NCBI GenBank assembly: GCA_048128005.1
Contig: JBEUKZ010000093.1
Location: 558,001-606,060, forward strand
Origin: Veleropilina oligotropha
Lineage: Eukaryota
DNA: 48,060 nucleotides
Direction: 5' to 3'
Under the pieces are notes generated by a model. It did no database searches. It worked only from the letters and a program-made list of their open reading frames with translations, and was not told where the DNA came from. This document shows, one piece after another, positions 1 through 11,450 of the stretch (within the stretch, counting starts at the first letter, position 1; every line of letters starts with the position of its first letter). A program made the translations under genes and the position numbers.

Positions 1-60
1 CACTGGTCAGAGGCCACAATTAAATTTCACTGCCAGATTTCTAGGTTCCACGAATAAAAA

Positions 61-239
61 AACTAGAAATGTGTCCATCGGACACGAATGCCCCCACTGG
101 CAGCCTTGTCAATCCATGAAGGCAAATAGAAGTTATAGCAGATTGGAGTTGCTTACACGCAAATACTGGTTTCGGGACGGACGGGACGGACAAGAGTAAA
201 TCTAAATGCCACCCCAATAAATTGGTGGTGGCATAAAAA
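61..239 (-). mobile_element. Short Helentron-associated (HINE/DINE-like) non-autonomous element
   Basis: Minus strand reads TTTTTATGCCACC (subterminal repeat), its inverse GGGGTGGCAT, a (GTCC)n microsatellite, then GGGGGCAT plus the palindrome GTGTCCGATGGACAC and ATTTCTAGTT. This is the typical HINE layout in molluscs. Confidence 0.6.
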
Positions 240-1504
240 CGTAATTGAAGGATAACTATAAACACTGCAAAGAACATTTCATAGGCCAAAGAAGGACAAT
301 AACTCATAGATTATACCATATGATATGTAAATTGGTCATCAGTATTCATGAGGTCGGAACACATACATATGCATGATAATATGGGCATGTTCCAATGTTA
401 CTGTAACTCTTAATACAGGCTGAAAACATACAAGAAAGATATCGTAATAAGGACCTGGTGAATTTTGGGTTCCGCAACAGCAACTGGATCATGATGATTA
501 GTGACTTCTCTCCTCTTAATCTTTGTGGCCATGGACGATGAAACAGTGGAATCTACAAGAGGACACTTACATTGATAAACACATTTCAATTTTGATTATT
601 GTAACACAACTTTCTCAAATTTACAGAACATGCACGTGGCCAACAGATATACAGTATATGTATCAACATTCAACCCAAGACTTCCAAGCAGATGCCCAAA
701 TAGATGTAACTGCAGGGTTCAAGTTCGAACAATTAGAAATATGTATTAACATTCAACCCAAGAATTCCAAGCAGTCTGCCCAAATAGAAAACTATAGACA
801 CCACATAAAATAATATAGGCCCAAGAAGGATCTCCATGAAATACTGCAAGACAGTGAAATGTACTTTAGCTAAATCATACCAGGACATGTTTGCATTATT
901 GTGTGACGAAAGCCACGTATGAATTAAAAGTAAAGGTATGCTGGAGAGTATTTATATTTTTATCTTTTCAAAATTCAGTATTTTGGCATGAATATATTTT
1001 ATAGGACCTTAGGTGAATGAAGTAAGTTGAAATTGGCAATAACACAAATTCTGGCACATAAGCGGTCACAAAATAAAATAATAGCCTGAATATGACTGTA
1101 AAACATGTTATTAAGTGAATATATCTTGTGGTTCGTTCAGAATACTCCACATTTCGCGAAAATATAATCGATATATGATCAAATGATAGACTTTTATAGA
1201 AATTATTATTGTAACTGGGCAATATACATTATTGTCAAGTAGAAAGCTATCTTACTTGACAAACAGAAACCTACGCAACTGTGCTCCAACTATGTCAATT
1301 GGAAATGTCACTCGGTGCAAGGTAATTCAACGCGAACTTTCAGGTAAAACTGCACAGGAAATAGTTTAAGATAATTTGTCAGTTCAATCACACAGAGACA
1401 TATTTTCGCCTGACGGTATTGATATAAAATAAAAGTATCAATTCATACATAGAAATTAGAAAAATGATTCATGTAATATGCGTAATGTTTATTTTTAATC
1501 GTAC

Positions 1505-2217
1505 CTGTATCGGGTCCCCTGTATCATCGTCAGAGTCTTTGCGCCATGATGATCCTGAACTCTCGAACGTGTCAGAAAGGCCACTTGCATAGTCGTACTG
1601 TAATGTCAGACAAGTATACATTTAATTAACTTGAGTATATTATTATTAAGTTATGTCACGTATTATATATATTATATTATGGTGGTTTTAATTGGCTAAT
1701 GCATATTCCAATATAATGTAGAACATGGCAATGTTACATTATTGACAGGTTACAAATTGGATTCATTTAATATCAATAAAGTTAAAGAGCATATATAAAA
1801 GTTTATAATGTACTTCTATCTCATAAACTTGTGTTTATTAACTCTACATTTAAACACTACTGTCCAACATCCTATGTCAATCAAACTTATCATCGGTCTT
1901 ATGAAGGTCATTTATGAGCAAATTATCTCCCTTGAACATAACATTGCGGATCCTTAAAGTAAACATTAGAAATAATATATTCACCAAAATTATGCTGTTT
2001 TGAAAGAAATGTTATTGTTTGCTTCGATAATTATGTAAATTAATCCTGTCAGTTGTATTAATGTTTCTTTAGGACTAATCAGTAATGAAATCTGCCGCGA
2101 CCAATCGCAGCATGTAACACATGTCTATACTACCGAATAAATCAATACTTACTCTTTCTTTACCTCTTGAAAAATTGACGCAAATGTCGGTGGATCATTG
2201 GCCCACCTTTTTGCCAT
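1505..2217 (-). CDS. Putative first two coding exons of an unknown spliced gene (2217-2164 and 1597-1505)
   Basis: ATG at 2217 gives MAKRWANDPPTFASIFQE then GAG|GTAAAG donor. TTACAG acceptor, then a 93-nt in-phase exon YDYASGLSDTFESSGSSWRKDSDDDTGDPIQ and CAG|GTAC donor. No recognised homology. Confidence 0.35.
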
Positions 2218-2333
2218 ATTTCGTGTATGATCAGACGAACATATGAAGAATAAGGACATGTCAAACTCGCAACTCAATCGTATCGCCTGTTAGCTCGAAA
2301 AAACATGGCCGCACTTATCGTGCGCTGTTCCAA

Positions 2334-2360
2334 TGCGCATGCGCAATAAAGTGTGACGTG
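2334..2360. promoter_or_regulatory. Possible promoter elements: NRF1-type palindrome TGCGCATGCGCA and CRE-like GTGACGT
   Basis: Motifs lie about 120 bp upstream of the putative ATG at 2217 in a CpG-containing patch. Confidence 0.3.
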
Positions 2361-2527
2361 TTCGCCAAGAGTGAATAAAAAAACCCGAACATGCATCGAC
2401 ATACGTTGGCTTCATCGGACATACATTACCGTGTGCTGTTTTCTGCGGGTAACCGGGGACTGATAGCGATTGCAGCCAAAATCAGAAAGTGGGTTATTTG
2501 CGACATGACGGCCGTCAAACGGGGACT

Positions 2528-2529
<2 letters not shown>

Positions 2530-2602
<73 letters not shown>

Positions 2603-2701
2603 TATATATTTATATTTATATTTATATTTATATTTATATTTAATTTATATTTATATTTATATTTATATTTATATTTATATTTATATTTATATTTATATTT
2701 A
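2530..2701. repeat. Compound microsatellite (AC)n followed by (TATATT)n
   Basis: Directly visible. Confidence 0.97.
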
Positions 2702-4107
2702 CGGCGTAATCCCCAATTGTAGTGGTTAGAGGAATAGTCAGTCGATCCGATAAGTAGCCTTATCCGCACGACCGCGTCGTACCGATAGCCTTGGCCTTTA
2801 ACTATCTTCTTCTTCTTCCGGATAAGTGCTTTATAACTCTGGTATATTTTCGCACTAGTGCACGGTGCAGGAAGGTGTTGTGTATGAGAATGACGTCTCT
2901 ATTATATATACAAGTGCGGTTAAAATTTAAAAAGTTAAAAACATTAATTATAACGAATGAACGCTGATTGAACTTGCTAATCGATCTCTACTTGTTGAAA
3001 CGATCTTATGTATAGGCCTATAATAAATAACTCAACTATCCTAAATATGTTATATATATATATATGTTTACTAGCAAGCAATAGCATAATGATTATATTA
3101 AATATATGTGTATATAACAAATATATAAGTAAATCAATGCATAGGCCTATATTGAAAAAAACCAAGTCAACTCATCCACCAACCGACAGTCAAATCCATA
3201 CATGTGATACCTCCTGCCAGGAGTATAATTCTCCCGAAATCGGCACCCCCAAAATGGCATACTCCCGAAATGACAGAAATGTCCTGAAATGGCAATTTCC
3301 TACCGGAATATCTTGATTTCTCCCTCAAAGCTATTTTCGCAATGTTATTTCTTATCCGCAATAGTGTTGAAGTCGGTAAACGAAACTCGTTTAATAAGTC
3401 GTCAACTCGTCAAATACAGTAAATCTAAGATGCTGTCACAATATACCCAGGGATCGGCCTGGCGATCGCCACTGTCACCATTTGCGCATTTTTTTTAAAG
3501 GTGGTGACATAATTTCAAATCTGGCGATTTTTTTTGTTTTTTGGCGACAAAAAAGTGGCCCAAAAATGTAGTTGCATTATCAAGCTTCACACTGTAAAAA
3601 GTTCCTATGTTTCATAAATAATGTTGTTAATTACTCTTATTTGAGTCTTGTCAAACATACCTCAAGTAATAACAATGTTGAAGGCAGAAATGTCGGCAGG
3701 GAGTAAATTAAGATCCTTACGCAACACTATATTTCTGTATGAATGACATGGTGACATTTATCCATATTATCGATGTAATATATTGCAAAAATAAACATTT
3801 GTACATCCATTAATATTTATTGTTCTTAGTTATTTGATAGTTATTCCGAAGTCAAAAGTTAATGCATAACGCATAATAAGCCCTCCCTTAGCATGCCATT
3901 TGACACTGTACATGTCGCGATGTCAAACCATTATTTGATATATTAATGTCATCGAGTCGAACTGCTTTTGTTTACTAAAACAACGTTATTTTTACTGACA
4001 ATTTTGACGTAGGAAAATAAATATGGTCATGATGGATCTAGGTTTCTCCAAGTTTGATGCGTGAAATAATAACATTAATTATTTGTGACCTGAAAGGTCA
4101 ATCCAAC

Positions 4108-4346
4108 ATGAGGTTTTTAATTAAACCTAATATTAGTTAAAACATACTTACGTCCTTACTCTTGCCATAATAGTCATATTATCGCTAACCGGAAACAGTG
4201 AATAAAGTCACATTTAGGCACTTACTAAGTCAAAACGTACTACGATTACCTCCCCTGCTCCCGCTCTCTAAGTTCCCCCGGCGAGATCTCGCCAAGTCTC
4301 GCGAGATATCCGAGCTCTCAAAGTCACAAGACTTCAATTCAAAGTT
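4108..4346. repeat. DIRS copy 1 3' ITR with terminal extension
   Basis: Reverse complement of 11235-11450 plus an outer extension mirrored in the ICR. Confidence 0.92.
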
Positions 4347-4405
4347 CAGAACCCCAAAGGAACTTAGTAGAGGGGAGGAATGCGAAACGCAGGGTGGGTA
4401 ATCGT

Positions 4406-4496
4406 AGTAAGGACGTAAGTATGTTTTAACTAATATTAGGTTTAATTAAAAACCTCATATGTAGTTACAAACATACTTACGTCCTTACTCTTGCCA
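4406..4496. other. DIRS copy 1 internal complementary region (ICR)
   Basis: First half is the reverse complement of the left terminus and second half is the reverse complement of the right terminus, joined at CCTCATATGTAG (circle junction). Confidence 0.92.
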
Positions 4497-5335
4497 GAAT
4501 AACCTTGGATAGGTGGGTAAGAAGTTCCTTACAACAAACCCAAACAAGATAATGACTTACTTTTCACCATATCAATCAGCATGAAGCATCGATTGTGTCC
4601 GCCCAGAGTGGAATCTACTGAGTATTATATTCCACTCTTACCAAGCGAGAATCTCGACCAGTGATACCGGGAGAATACGCCGTGGTGCTAGTCGGACGAG
4701 GTGAATGGAAGTGCAATCAGCCCCAGGCACGGCCGGAAGGATGGATCCTTGTAGGTCTTACGTGTCATGGAGCAGTGGCAGCCAACTGGTACTCCTGGCC
4801 AAAGGCCGGTAGCCAGAGGAAGCAGTCGGATTTGTAAGCACACGGAACCTAATAGTTAGGTTGTGAAGGCATCAAATCAAAAGCAAAGAATTAATAGATT
4901 AAATAAATAATCGATATTAAAAGTGATTCGCATGACCAACTTGCGAAACGCTAACATGTACGACATGTCACTTAAAATAAATTTTTAAGGAAGCAAATAT
5001 GTACGACATGTTACTTAAAATAAATTTTAAGGAAGCAAATATTAAAATTTTTTCAATGTATTGAACATCGTATGTTCGATTACAGCATAGAACATCAATA
5101 ATATTGAACCTTAAATCCTTTAAGATTTTCGCAATATAGTTGTTTTATTAAATTCAATGTGATCTGGCTTGTCAATATACTCAGGTATGACATGAAGTAA
5201 AAAATCTTAAAATGTTTTTAAGAAATGAACATACATTGAATCGCCTCATATGTGTCTATTTCATAGAACAGCTAGGCCAACAAATAAAATTGCGTCAGCA
5301 AAAATTATGTAAATTGATCAATCAAGATACAATAC

Positions 5336-6381
5336 TCACTGATTAGACGACCTCGGTCTAACAATACATCGTTGAGCAGTTACTATGTAGACTGCACAAT
5401 CCATCAGCCGCATGGAATAATCCCACAGAAAAGGCTTAATAAAGACATTTGAGAAGCAACGCTGAGATGTGAATCTGCGAAAGCACGGACCTCGTGCGCG
5501 CGGATCGATACAAGAGTGCGTGCGGCCTACTTTTCACAGCGAGAGTAGTCTCTCACTACCTGTGAAAACCTCCGCGAAACAGTCGTCTACGTAATGTCGC
5601 GGATAAGAAGGTAAATACGAATAAAATATACGTAGTTTTCCCTGCCGCGTATCACGGATCCTGTCGAGGTAGTAACGTAGGCACGCATATGACAGATTCA
5701 TCGGTCCACATCGGGTCTCTGACCAGCGTAAAGCTAGGGGATAACGATATCGGGTGCGTCTTCGATCGGCCGTTGATTCTTGGCGAGGAAACCCAAGATA
5801 TGACGCCGCATCACCGACCCGTCGACTGGAAACGAACGTCTCGTAGCTCTGCGGATAGACTATGAAATACGGAACAACGCCTGCCCGACGCTAAGGCGAT
5901 CAGAAAAAACCGTTTTGTGCATTAAGTTCCTCATAGAGGTCGCATAGGCTAGTACGGGTAGAAAGAGAGCGTTAAGAAATGAGAGCGATGTTTCAGGCTG
6001 GCCGTATCGTACGGGTCGAAATTTTGAGTTCGAAGGATCGCAGAAATCCAAATCGTTCGGTCACTAGGTAGGCTACCACGGGCACGGCACTCGCGACCGT
6101 TGCCCGATAGCTTTGACGGCGGACACTGACATACCGCGTTCAAAGAGCGACGATGAAAACTCAATAAACTTGTTCACAGGGGGGAGGCGTATATTGACCT
6201 GCCGGCTGTGACACCACTCCACGTACTTAACCCATCGGTAGTCATAAACTTTAGTCGTGGAAAGCCTTCTCGATCGGTAGATGCGTAGGGCTGTTGCGCG
6301 AGAAATTCCTTTCTTAGCAAGGGATCGTTCGATAACCGCCAGGCGTGTAAACGTAAGTCGTTCGGCGATGTTGTAATACAC
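5336..6381 (-). pseudogene. DIRS tyrosine recombinase (N-terminal SAM-like plus catalytic domain), frameshifted
   Basis: Fragments STTKVYDYRWVKYVEWC and MHKTVF; colinear with the intact YR of copy 2 but with indels. Confidence 0.85.
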
Positions 6382-8400
6382 GGCTGCGCGCCTGCATTAA
6401 CCGGCCCGGTCTCTGCGGGAGCGATAACGGTCGGTCGACGATCAGATCGAGGAGGGTCGGAATCCAAGGTTGCGTGCGATATAGGGGCGCAATTAGCGTT
6501 ATCTGCAACGTTCGTTCGATGCCTTCTGTAATACCAGTGTTAGAATGCACGACGGGGGGAAGGCATACGCGGACAGATTCTCCCATGTCATTGACAGTGC
6601 GGCGACCGCTAGGGCGGCCGGGTCCGGGTACGGGGAGACATACAGAGGTAGTCGGTAATTAAATTCTGTTGCAAACAGATCGACTAGGGGTTGTGACCAC
6701 CGGCGACAAACGTCCCGAGCTACTCGGCTGTGTAGCGTCCACTCTGTGTGTATTATCTGTGATTTCCGAGAGAGCGAGTCCGCTCTGACATTCAGCTTTC
6801 CCGGGATGTGTCGGGCTCGAATCGTCGAGATGAGGGCCATCACTAGGCGGTGTAGGTCTATTGCTCGGTCGCAAAGGGGACGCGAGCGAGTGCCGCCCTG
6901 GTGCTGGATGTAAGCGACGACAGTCGTGTTGTCCGTGGCGAGCATTATGTGCTTGTTGCGGAGATGTGACGAGAGGGACCGTACTGACAGGTAGACGGCT
7001 TCTAACTCTAGGAAGTAGATGTGTCGTCCCTGAAGGTCCGTCGGCCATAGGCCTGATGTCTCGTAACTGTCGAGGTGACCACCCCAGCCGTCGTTCGAAG
7101 CGTCTGTGAACAGGTAAGCGTGCGGCTCTGGCGGGGATATAGGAACCGACTGGTCCGGCAAAGCAGGGTTCAACCACACTGCTGTTGTGCTGGTAAACCA
7201 ATGCCGAAGATCGATGCGATCCGTCCACTGCCCCGTCCGTTGTATCCAGCGATCCCTGAACGCCTGTTGTAACGGTCGTTTGTCCATGTGACCCGTCGGT
7301 AGCAGGGTCGCTACCGACTCGAAGTGCCCCAGGACAGTGGCCAGTTGTCGCGCTGTAGTTATGTCCGATGACAGGGTGTCTTGGATAACCGCGCGTAGGT
7401 TCCGCATACGTTTCTGGGTCGGTTTCGCGGTGTACCGGACCGTATCGAAGTCGACCCCGAGAAACGTAAACGTCGTCGAGGGCACGAAGCCGGATTTTGT
7501 CTCGTTGATCTGAAATCCCAGGCGCTTCGTTGATGACAGGGTAAAGCTCGTAGACCGGAGGCACAGATCTTGGGACACCCCGAGGATCAGCCAGTCGTCG
7601 AGGTATATATGTACCCTGAGCCCTAGAGAGTGTAGGAAGGCTCCGAGGGCCTGTACTGTTCTCGTGAAGACGTACGGGGCTGACGATAGACCGAACGGTA
7701 GGCACCTGAATGGTAGATCGTCTCCCCGTGTATAAACCGAAGGTACTGATGAGCCGTGATATGCATCGGGACATGGAGATACGCGTCGGTCAGATCGATA
7801 GACGCTGCCCAGTCGCCCGGACGGATGGCCGCTCGTATCTTCGAGAGGGTTTCTTGCTGGAATTTCTCGGTCCGAAGATATCGGTTGAGATGCGAGAGAT
7901 CGAGGATCGGTCGCCAGCGGCCATCGGGTTTCGGGACCAGGAAGAAATGGCTGTAAAATCCTGGTGTGCTGGGCTGCGCAGGATATATCGCTCTTTTTAG
8001 GAGCAAATCCCGCACTGCCTGGTCTAAGACCGCTTGTTTCTCTCCGTTTAGGAGGCGAGCGTGTCTCGGTGGTGGTGCCTCGTTTAGGGTCGGATGCCGG
8101 TTGAATGCCAACTGTATCCGGCACTCACGACGGAGGGACCCAGCTACTGTCTGGTAGTCTAGCCACGGCTGGCTGTACGCTAACAGATACGCTTCCACCG
8201 GCGGAAGCGGGCAGCTGGGATTGTCGTGTGTGCCGGCAGCCCTAGGGCCGAGGCTTCCCTCTCCCGCTCTGACGGGAGCTTGTTGGAGGTGCTTGCCTCC
8301 TCGGAGTGGGTTAATGGCCGGGGGCCTACCACCCGAAGAGGGCTTTGCACGCTTGGAAGGCTTCGGGGTCCGGGTGGGCCCTGAACGCTTCCTCGAGTCG
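6174..8400 (-). pseudogene. pol: DIRS pol: reverse transcriptase, RNase H, Dam-like methyltransferase; frameshifted
   Basis: FLVPKPDGRWRPILDL, SIDLTDAYLHVP, LPFGLSSAP, YLDDWL, FTDAS..GWG, LELEAV, TDNTT, DLFA..YAFPP, LHAWRLS. Confidence 0.92.
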
Positions 8401-10477
8401 GCGGGTGGCCCCCGGGGGGTGCAGCACCGCCTACTCGATGGTACGGTCCGTCAGGTCCGCCGCTCTCTGTCGACGAATTCCGAGAAATCGTCGCCAAATA
8501 GAGTGGTGGCCGAGCAAGGCACGCATCGCAATGAGCGCCGGGTGGCCTCATCTAGCGAGGTGTCTTTCAGGTAAGCGTCCCTACGAAGTAGGAGTGCGTT
8601 ACCCAGGACACGTCCCGTCTCCAACGCGCTGGTCTCCATAACGGCAGCAACCTCCTGGAGGAAGGACAGGGCAGCCCACGGGCGCCGGGTCCATCCTCCT
8701 GTAATACGGCTATCGCCCCATCTAGGAAAAATCCTGAACGGACGACAGCCGCAGAGCCCATTGGGCGGAGCTCTCGAAAGCTTCCAAGGCGAACCAAGGA
8801 ACTCTCGCTACAGAGGGAGTGTGACTGGCGGTCAGTCAACGCAACGCTGCGTCAACACGAGCCGCTCAGTCGCCAGGCACGGACCAGTACATGCGAACGG
8901 GATCGAACGCGAACTGGCCCGGAGGTACCTCCCACTACGGAACCCCGAAGGGTACTCGGTCAGTGGGGAGGACTCCACCGGATTGCGCCCCCGACTGAGC
9001 TTGGTTGTCGAGTCAACACCAGATCAACCAGCCCAGACTGAGGTAAGGAAGGAAGCAAGGGGGCTTCCTTCTCAACAAACCGATGCGCCGCCGTCCTGTG
9101 CTTGACCGGGCCTACATACGACCGAGTCGGTTCCGGCAGGTCAAGCACCCCGCGAAGTGACGCAACAGCGTCGAGTTCGGCGGGTGGTGGAGGTCGGCTC
9201 CTGCGTGCCTGGAAGACTACCAGCGTCTTCGGGCCCGACCGATACAGGGAGGTCGGAGTGAGTGGAGTCGAGGTCCTCGTCGGAACGAGGTTCGATCTCC
9301 ATCACGGAGGCAGGAGCCGTGCTCTGCGCCAGGGGCAGATATGTATGTACCAGGCGCGGCTGGGGAGCCGTCGGCCAGGCCTTACATTGTTCCTCGAACC
9401 CCGCCGCGATCCATGCCTGGACGTTCTCCAAAGAGAAACCCTGAGGCAGGACGGGCGTCGAACTAACAGCCGGTAGTTCAGTCGAGGATACCGTGGCGCT
9501 AGGTAGACGGGCTGCATGGACAGGTGGAGCCGAGGACCAGGGTCCCAGGGCACTTGTCGAGCGGTCGAACCCGAAAGAACGGCCCGGAGGCGCGTTCGGT
9601 GGGCCGTGCGACCGGTAGGACTGCGGCAACAGTCCGTATCGGTCTACCGCTCTGTTCGCGAGAGGCACGGTCGGAAAACCGCCGTAGAACCCCTCACCAA
9701 ACGCAGCCGGTCTGTCCACGTTCTCTAGCGTGACCATCGTGGGTGCACGGGAGAGAACGGGCCCTCTGAAAAGCTCGTGAGCATCGAGGTTGAGCGGAAA
9801 ACCCCGAGGGGAAGTCGCGTCGGTCTCGAACGAGGATTCAGGTGTCGCCAATTGTCCGGATCTTAGACCATCGTAATGGTGTCCGGCCTCTTTAAAGGCT
9901 TTCTCATTGGGTCGCTCCCCGTCGTTAAACGGAGAGTTTCCCGCAGAAGGACTAACGTTCCCCGGATTCTTCGAGGCCGAAGAATAGGAGGGGGATCGTC
10001 TGCCCTGCTCAGCTGTTCGCTGCGCTGCCAGATATACCTTGCTAGCCGGCAAGGTATGGTTGGCTGCAGCTACTAGGCCCGTTTGAGGAGGAACGGTCGG
10101 CACTCGGGCCGTTACCTGAATCTGTGGTCCCGGCAAGGTTTCGGCGACTCCCCCAAGAGTCGCGGAGGTTTCGCCGGTAGATCCGGCGACAGACGGTATT
10201 CCTTTATGGTCGACTGTCGTCCAGCGTCCCTGAAGTAGACAAAGAAACGTTAATTCCCTTTAACCTACCATTTTGTCCCTTCTCGGGGTAGAACCCACCG
10301 TGGTAACCGCCCTGGGCGGCTTCATCGGTGGAAATACGATCGCCCACTGTCTGCTGTTAAATCTAGGCACAGTTCACATTTATAAGACTTACTGTCAGTT
10401 ACGGTGAACACGGCATTCCGTGCGCCTAGAAATCCGTGAATTTTCTGGTTACACCCGGCGCTACTGCACCGGACCAT
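8242..10477 (-). pseudogene. gag: DIRS gag-like ORF1 with N-terminal Cys/His finger, fragmented
   Basis: Colinear with the 634-aa ORF of copy 2; starts MVRCSSAGC. Confidence 0.8.
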
Positions 10478-11234
10478 AGCTGAATACACGGGAGGGTAGG
10501 TAGTGGGTAGACGGGGTAGGTAAATAGGTATATATATGGTAGTTGTGACTTTTACTACAACAACTCTCAAAATTGCCCTGATCTGAAGATCAAAGATCAG
10601 GCGATATACCGCAAAAACCCCGAACTGGGAACACCGAGGCCGGGTAATAACCCGGCACGACCCGGTAAAAAAACCCGGCAAATTGACTAGAACAAACGGG
10701 GGTTCTTTCTTAGAAAAAACCGCCCAGAAAAACACCTGAAAACCTCGTGGATGTTTTTATGTTAGTACAATGGCGTATTATCCCAGAAACGGCAGGATAT
10801 CAGAATAACTAAGAGTGATATCTAAACGATCCTGCCTATTAACGACGCTAGAATTTTTATACAATAATAACCAGCAATAGCGTCGTTAAGGAATTATCCA
10901 ATATAATGAGTTACCTGTTTGCAGTCTCAAACAATATCAGATAAAAATACCGACCAGAAATTTCTTCTACACACGAAACTTCCCCTCTAAGCGGCCATGC
11001 TTTTCCTCAGCAACAGCGGCGATGTCGGTTTCACTTGATTTTCAGAACTTCTCGAAGTTTAGAATCACAATCTTCCTATATTCACTTGTGTTTTAGATAT
11101 CCACAACACAGGGTATATTCCACAACTTATATATTAATATATAAGAATTATAGCGTCCTCGATTTAACGTATAAATCGGCGGACATTTAGAAATATTTGC
11201 GGAGCAAAAAACACGTCTTTCCGTCTCGGCGGAA

Positions 11235-11450
11235 AACTTTGAATTGAAGTCTTGTGATCTCGAGCTCGGATATCTCGCGAGACTTGGCGAGATCTCGCCG
11301 GGGGAACTTAGAGAGCGGGAGCAGGGGAGGTAATCGTAGTACGTTTTGACTTAATAAGTGCCTAAATGTGACTTTATTCACTGTTTCCGGTTAGCGATAA
11401 TATGACTATTATGGCAAGAGTAAGGACGTAAGTATGTTTGTAACTACATA
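11235..11450. repeat. DIRS copy 1 5' ITR
   Basis: Reverse complement of the 4140-4346 part of the left ITR; ends in TAACTACATA. Confidence 0.92.

Larger units (their letters stand above)
4108..11450 (-). mobile_element. DIRS1-like tyrosine-recombinase retrotransposon, copy 1 (full length, decayed ORFs)
   Basis: Inverted terminal repeats 4108-4346 and 11235-11450, ICR 4406-4496, gag/RT-RH-MT/YR remnants, no TSD. Confidence 0.95.

Noticed and set aside
41..1222. Short ORFs at the window start
   Set aside because: They overlap a HINE-like element and a local ~84-bp duplication; no recognisable protein features.
2391..2769. ORFs with THTH, YIYI and VCVC runs
   Set aside because: Translations of microsatellites.
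4198..4401. Small ORF MNKVTFRHLL, mirrored at 11187-11381
   Set aside because: Chance frame in the ITR; not preserved in copies 2 and 3.
4346..4410. Hammerhead ribozyme near TGCGAAACGCA (also considered at 46030-46095)
   Set aside because: No CUGANGA core with properly paired stems found on either strand.
6474..10076. Numerous plus-strand ORFs within DIRS copies (also 25.6-29.2 kb and 36-43 kb)
   Set aside because: Antisense shadows of GC-rich coding sequence with no motifs.
4108..11450. Gypsy/Copia LTR retrotransposon interpretation
   Set aside because: Terminal repeats are inverted; no protease, DDE integrase or TSD; YR and ICR are present.
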